DNA from: an uncultured virus (IMG/VR IMGVR_UViG_3300028048_003121) | Lineage: Duplodnaviria; Heunggongvirae; Uroviricota; Caudoviricetes | Strand: one strand, 5' to 3' | Virus record (IMG/VR): IMGVR_UViG_3300028048_003121 | DNA: 20,000 bases | Shown here: piece by piece, positions 15,573 through 20,000 of the stretch | Position numbering within the stretch: the first letter of the stretch is position 1 | Layout: every line of letters begins with the position of its first letter | Notes under the pieces: generated by a model | Told to the model about the DNA's origin: nothing | The model's input: only the letters and a program-made list of their open reading frames with translations | Database searches by the model: none | Made by a program: the position numbers and the translations under genes

Positions 15573-15955
15573 AGAAATCTGGTATGGAATATTTCCGCGT
15601 CATCATAGCCGGTGGTCGTGACTTTAACGACTATCCACTGCTGAAAGCCAAATGTGACAACATCCTGGCAGATAAAACCGCTACACACCGTATCATAGTC
15701 GTGTCTGGAGCGGCCAAGGGAGCTGACAGCCTGGGCGAGCAGTATGCCCGTGAGAAGGGCTATACTGTAGAACAATATCCGGCTGACTGGAATACACACG
15801 GCAGGGCGGCTGGTCCCATCCGTAATGCTCAGATGGCGAACAGCGCCGATGCCCTGATAGCCTTCTGGGATGGCCAGAGCAAAGGCACGAAGAGTATGAT
15901 AAACATAGCCAAGACAAAAGGATTGGGCGTAAGAGTAATAAGCTACACTATATAA
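15566..15955 (+). CDS. SLOG-family (DUF2493/YspA-like) protein
   Basis: IIAGGRDF.DY, VSGAAKGAD, ADW..HG.AAGPIRN.QM, AFWDG.SKGT; start 15566 or 15584. Confidence 0.88.
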   Translation: MVKKSGMEYFRVIIAGGRDFNDYPLLKAKCDNILADKTATHRIIVVSGAAKGADSLGEQYAREKGYTVEQYPADWNTHGRAAGPIRNAQMANSADALIAFWDGQSKGTKSMINIAKTKGLGVRVISYTI

Positions 15956-16014
15956 TTTTCTCGAAATATTGTATTTTTCAGCATATAATTTTCATCAAAA
16001 ATTGTATTTTTACT

Positions 16015-16476
16015 ATGAATAGAATCACAGAGAGATACTGGTTCCGGGCAAAGGTGCTACACCATGACCCAAAAACAAATCCTGAAAACGGATGGGTACA
16101 GGGCTTCTACTATCAAGACCTGTGCGGTGGAGAGATCAAACATTTCATCCGTTCAGGGGAAATGGTATGGGAAATCGATCCGAAGACATTAGGAATGTTT
16201 ACCGGCTTCTATGACAATAGCACAGAGCCACAGCCTATCTTTGAAGGCGACATCCTTCATACGCTCTTCAAGGATAACGGCAGCAGCTATGACCTGGTAG
16301 GCTGGAACCCGAAAAATGGTTGCTTCGGCATCATGGATGATATAGACTATAACGCCAGAATGGAGGGTGAGGAGGATTACTACTCCTATGAAGCCTTTGC
16401 TTGGATGCACCAGAAAAAAGTTCAGTCGGTAGTAGCTGGAAACGTCCACGAGAATGCAGACCTGATGACACAATAA
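16015..16476 (+). CDS. YopX-family protein
   Basis: FRAK...WV.G...IDP.TLG.FTG..D....IFEGDI...V.GNVHEN.DL. Confidence 0.85.
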   Translation: MNRITERYWFRAKVLHHDPKTNPENGWVQGFYYQDLCGGEIKHFIRSGEMVWEIDPKTLGMFTGFYDNSTEPQPIFEGDILHTLFKDNGSSYDLVGWNPKNGCFGIMDDIDYNARMEGEEDYYSYEAFAWMHQKKVQSVVAGNVHENADLMTQ

Positions 16477-16495
16477 TAATTAAATCCAATATAAC

Positions 16496-16915
16496 ATGAA
16501 GATCCTGATTATTGAAGACAGTGAACTGAAACGCAAAGATATCGAGCGTTTCATGAAAGAGAACTTCCCCGATGCGGATGTCACGACGGCGGCATCTTAC
16601 AGCTCCGGACTGCGTAAGGCCTACAAAGGGGAATTTGACGTTGTCATCCTCGACAACAGCCTTCCTTACTATGAGGACAGACCGTATGACATCCAGCCGG
16701 ACATGGCACGCAATATCCTGGAAGAAATAGAAGAGATACCGCCACAGAAGAGACCTCGGTGTATCATCTGCTCACAGTACGACGGAAACACCAAGGAAGA
16801 CTACTTCCGTCATATTACAGAACAATATGACTACTGCATCGGATATATACAGTATGACAACTGCTCGTCAGAATGGGAAGAGAAGCTGAAGACAATGATA
16901 AAAGGTAACGGCTAA
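16496..16915 (+). CDS. Stand-alone response regulator receiver domain
   Basis: KILIIED, FDVVILDNSLP (phospho-Asp), IICS. Confidence 0.85.
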   Translation: MKILIIEDSELKRKDIERFMKENFPDADVTTAASYSSGLRKAYKGEFDVVILDNSLPYYEDRPYDIQPDMARNILEEIEEIPPQKRPRCIICSQYDGNTKEDYFRHITEQYDYCIGYIQYDNCSSEWEEKLKTMIKGNG

Positions 16916-16921
16916 GAGACT

Positions 16922-17176
16922 ATGGATGAGAAGAAGATATACTTACCGGATGCTGAGACGGCTGGTAAACTGATAGAAAACGCCTGGCAGGAGTTCTGCG
17001 ACCAGATGAAGGAAAACGACATGGACTTCACAGGAACAAAGGTCGAAGAGCTGCTGCATGACGTGTTTGTCGCCGGTTATGCCTTCGGACATAACGACTG
17101 TCTGGCCATTATCCGCGACCAACTCTCCATCGACAACTGGATGAAATACACCAGTACGATGAACAAGAGTTCGTAA
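16922..17176 (+). CDS. Hypothetical protein
   Basis: 84-aa ORF ending the + run. Confidence 0.75.
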   Translation: MDEKKIYLPDAETAGKLIENAWQEFCDQMKENDMDFTGTKVEELLHDVFVAGYAFGHNDCLAIIRDQLSIDNWMKYTSTMNKSS

Positions 17177-17191
17177 AGACCATACACAGCA

Positions 17192-17231
17192 AATAATAAA
17201 CCCCTGTCAAGACTGGCAGGGGCTTGTTATT
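17192..17231. terminator. Probable bidirectional intrinsic terminator at the convergence point
   Basis: AATAATAAA-CCCCTGTCA AGAC TGGCAGGGG-CTTGTTATT. Confidence 0.7.
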
Positions 17232-17443
17232 ATATTAAGCGGGACATCAGGGATAACCAGAGCATCAAGAACCTTTCTTTCTAATTTCTCATTGATCCTG
17301 GTCAGCTCGTCAGAAGAGTGCGGTTTTAAATAACCTACATCATCTGAAGTGTGGGCCACACATCCCCGTAACTCACAAGGAGTACCAGGCAGGCCTTTCA
17401 GGCAATAACCATTATGATGATAGCCACAGTGCTCGTCAATCAT
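17207..17443 (-). CDS. Small Cys/His-rich hypothetical protein
   Basis: 78 aa, C..HH..C.....C...C; starts 5 nt after the upstream stop. Confidence 0.65.
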   Translation of the reverse strand: MIDEHCGYHHNGYCLKGLPGTPCELRGCVAHTSDDVGYLKPHSSDELTRINEKLERKVLDALVIPDVPLNIITSPCQS

Positions 17444-17448
17444 ACACT

Positions 17449-17793
17449 TTAGTCAAAGATCTCGTTGATGTCGCCTGGCTTGCGGCTACGCTTGACCTTG
17501 ATAGGGCCATGCTTATCTTCGTAGGCAGCTACAACAAGTTCCAACGCCTTATTGATAACATCCTTGATGGGAATGTTCTCGATATTGGCAATAGCCTTAC
17601 ACTTGTTATAAAGCTCACACTTGACGATGGAAGAAATACGCTCTTCCTCGGCTCCCATCGGCTTACGACCACGACGGGAAGTTCCTCTTGCCGGTGAAGC
17701 TGCCGGGGAAACATTTTCCTCTGCGACGGGAGCCTGTGTACCTCCAGTGAGACCTTCCAGCAAGTCGCTGGTATCGAAATTCTTTTTTGCCAT
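17449..17793 (-). CDS. Probable ParA partner, ribbon-helix-helix DNA-binding protein
   Basis: Disordered N-terminus, RGRKP, then ISSIV..ELY.K.K.IA......IKDVIN.AL; downstream of parA. Confidence 0.7.
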   Translation of the reverse strand: MAKKNFDTSDLLEGLTGGTQAPVAEENVSPAASPARGTSRRGRKPMGAEEERISSIVKCELYNKCKAIANIENIPIKDVINKALELVVAAYEDKHGPIKVKRSRKPGDINEIFD

Positions 17794-17816
17794 AAATGAT
17801 CATATTTAAATTTGAC

Positions 17817-17855
17817 TGCAAAGATATCAATATTTTCTGAAATACGGAAATATTT
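17817..17855 (-). promoter_or_regulatory. Promoter/operator of the RHH gene, near copy of 2367-2405
   Basis: - strand AAATATTTCCGTATTTCAGAAAATATTGATATCTTTGCA containing -7 TATCTTTG; 34/39 identical to 2367-2405. Confidence 0.8.
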
Positions 17856-17864
17856 ATTGAAAAA

Positions 17865-18182
17865 TTACTCCTTTTGCTGTTGAATGTAGGGGGAAATGGT
17901 TCCAAAGCGCCCCTTTAAATACGGGGAACCTTCAATTTCTATCACTTCATAACGCTGACCGTTGTTGTCCGTGACATAGGTTCTGTCAACGTCCGCTTCA
18001 CGTGTGAAATAATCAACGGAAAGAATAAACAAACCGATAACACAGACAAATATCACTGCTGAAGCAAAGGTGGAATAGTTGTCTGATGAAAACCATTCAG
18101 ACCGGATAATCCAGACACAAACAGCAATAATCGCGATAAGAATGATAACGACGTAAATAAACAAGTCCATAGCTCTATCCAT
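17865..18182 (-). CDS. Two-TM membrane protein
   Basis: Two hydrophobic helices; overlaps the parA stop. Confidence 0.75.
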   Translation of the reverse strand: MDRAMDLFIYVVIILIAIIAVCVWIIRSEWFSSDNYSTFASAVIFVCVIGLFILSVDYFTREADVDRTYVTDNNGQRYEVIEIEGSPYLKGRFGTISPYIQQQKE

Positions 18183-18936
18183 TATAACCTAACTTCTGTA
18201 ACAGCTCTTCCGTAAAGGCGCGATAATCGGCAGCACCATTACTCTTAGGCGCATACTCGACAATGTTCCTGTGCTCCAGAGGTGCCTCGGCGACGCTGAC
18301 GTTCTTACGGATCTTAGTCGCAAAAACCAGATTTCCGACAGTCTTACGTAAATCGGATTCGATAGTCTTACTGAGGTTGGTACTCTCCCAACGGGTAATG
18401 AGAATACCACTGATATGTGCGGCATTATTGAGCCGGTTATGGATGAGCTTAACGAAGTTGTTAATCATCTTCAGACCGTTGAACGGCAGCACCTCGGCTA
18501 TTAACGGCACAATGACATCAGTACAGGCAGTGATGGCATTCAGGGTAATAAGACCCAGGGAAGGGGGACAGTCAAGCAGGATGAAATCATAGTTATACTT
18601 GATCGGTTTAAGAAGACCGTCCAGAATCTTCTCTCTACTGATGGCACCAGCCAGCTCAATATCAACCATGGCCAGCATCTCAGAGGCAGGAATAAGTGAC
18701 AGGTTTTCCGTGATGGAAATAATAGGCAGCTCACCTTTACCGGTAAGAGCGTCGTAGATGGTCTCATCTGTAGGATGTTTCAAGAGACTCAGAGTGAGAT
18801 TGGCCTGGGCATCCAGGTCAGCAAGTAATACATGATAGCCCTTCTGAGCTAAGTAACTGCCAACACTGGCGGTCGTCGTGGTTTTACCAACACCGCCCTT
18901 GTGATTGACAAATGAGATAATCTTCGTCTGTTTCAT
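18175..18936 (-). CDS. parA: ParA/Soj family partition ATPase
   Basis: NHKGGVGKTTT deviant Walker A, DLDAQANLT, ILLDCPPSLG, I...VAEAP. Confidence 0.95.
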   Translation of the reverse strand: MKQTKIISFVNHKGGVGKTTTTASVGSYLAQKGYHVLLADLDAQANLTLSLLKHPTDETIYDALTGKGELPIISITENLSLIPASEMLAMVDIELAGAISREKILDGLLKPIKYNYDFILLDCPPSLGLITLNAITACTDVIVPLIAEVLPFNGLKMINNFVKLIHNRLNNAAHISGILITRWESTNLSKTIESDLRKTVGNLVFATKIRKNVSVAEAPLEHRNIVEYAPKSNGAADYRAFTEELLQKLGYNG

Positions 18937-19074
18937 AAAACTTACTATTTAAAACGTTAATAATTTATTTCTGGTGAGAAATCCTGAAAAGGAAGTCACT
19001 CTGCTCTTCCTCGGTCATCTGACCCCAGTTGAGCCATTTCTTTCTCTTCTTTTGTCTCTTTACAATACATTCTT

Positions 19075-19416
19075 TCATTGTTCTTTCTTGAAGGTTTTTG
19101 TCTGAAGATGTATATTATCCATTGCCAGTGACCTTGCCACCTGACTCCACATGTCCGGGTCATTAATACGGTCACAGCAATATCCTGGACCACGATGAAC
19201 GTTCATTCCATCATAAGATAGATATTCAAGGAAGGCAACCTTCGCACCATTGTCGTCCGTCCAATAGTAGGACATCAGCACGAAGTCCTTATACTTCCGC
19301 TTTAACATACGTGTCACCTCATTAGGTAATGGCACGTATTCATATCGAGGATGGTTAGGAAACCCTGCCATCTCCCACATTTCCTTATCAGAACTTGCCG
19401 GTGCTACCATAGTCAT
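19075..19416 (-). CDS. Hypothetical protein
   Basis: 113 aa, ATGA overlap with the upstream gene. Confidence 0.75.
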   Translation of the reverse strand: MTMVAPASSDKEMWEMAGFPNHPRYEYVPLPNEVTRMLKRKYKDFVLMSYYWTDDNGAKVAFLEYLSYDGMNVHRGPGYCCDRINDPDMWSQVARSLAMDNIHLQTKTFKKEQ

Positions 19417-20000
19417 TCTTCCTTTATTCCTAACAAATCATTAAAATAACCTTCTTTGAATACATCGAGGATATCTGAGTCCTCACAACAGGAAGGACAC
19501 GATAAACAATAACCGCTGTCAGAAAGCTGCATACCTTCCTCTATCTTTATCTTTTTCTCCTTATAGCAGATGTAGACATCGTAGCAGGCGATTTCCTTCA
19601 GGTAGAATGTCATCAGCGCAAGCTGGGATGTAACAATCGGCGTTATTCCTATACTTATAGCGTGACTGGCTTGTATATAATCATAATAGCCGACCGCTCC
19701 ACGATTATCCAGCATCTGCTTTGTGTATGACTCAATATCGACACAGAAATAGATCTCTTTCTGTTTTGGAGTTTCTTCGATAAGAATCCAAAGGGAATCG
19801 GCCCCATTGAGACTGACGCCGTCATCCTTATAAAAACAACAGTCATCAGTGTCACCGTCATCAATGACGGCAAGAATTGAACAACGTCCACGACAGTTCC
19901 ATTTAACTATCTCGACGGGTTCTCCCATATCAGTGACAACCCTGTACTCCCCAGACTCTATCTGAGGACGATACTGTAAATCAAAGGGTATTCTTTTCAT
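19413..20000 (-). CDS. Hypothetical protein (phage-type N-terminal domain)
   Basis: 195 aa, ATG at the window edge; IPFD....I.SG...VVT..G.PV.I..W. Confidence 0.8.
   Translation of the reverse strand: MKRIPFDLQYRPQIESGEYRVVTDMGEPVEIVKWNCRGRCSILAVIDDGDTDDCCFYKDDGVSLNGADSLWILIEETPKQKEIYFCVDIESYTKQMLDNRGAVGYYDYIQASHAISIGITPIVTSQLALMTFYLKEIACYDVYICYKEKKIKIEEGMQLSDSGYCLSCPSCCEDSDILDVFKEGYFNDLLGIKEE

Larger units (their letters stand above)
1..20000. mobile_element. Accessory/leading-region-like segment of a Bacteroidales mobile element (conjugative plasmid/ICE or phage)
   Basis: Dense short hypothetical ORFs plus ParA, SSB, orphan MTase, YopX, YodL and DUF2493; no housekeeping genes; TAnnTTTG promoter boxes. 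Confidence 0.8.

Overview
Gene-dense accessory segment of a Bacteroidales (Prevotella-like) mobile element. The host assignment rests on TAnnTTTG -7 promoter boxes, AT-rich leaders without Shine-Dalgarno sites and the gene families present. No virion, tra, integrase or rep genes are visible, so conjugative plasmid/ICE versus phage is unresolved. About 30 mostly short + strand genes (732-17176) include a PAPS-reductase-like protein, an orphan C5 DNA methyltransferase, a putative ADP-ribosyltransferase, a beta-clamp-like/Zn-finger protein, an MmcB-like nuclease, YodL, SSB, an alpha-CTD-like protein, a SLOG/DUF2493 protein, YopX and an orphan receiver domain. They converge at about 17200 on a - strand block with ParA and a probable ribbon-helix-helix partner. 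The most notable signals are non-coding. (1) Two ~270-310 nt imperfect hairpins (344-613, 13238-13546) share an identical 36-bp apex, have covarying arms and carry a Bacteroidetes promoter on the opposite strand. This is the geometry of a single-stranded-DNA (Frpo-like) promoter. (2) Short structured motifs are repeated before and after a gene in both hairpin-led units, giving a cassette-like layout. (3) An ~770-nt multi-hairpin element without a credible ORF lies at 12042-12810. (4) A 39-bp promoter/operator is shared by the modification operon and the ParA-partner gene. Protein family calls come from motif recognition by eye, not database searches.
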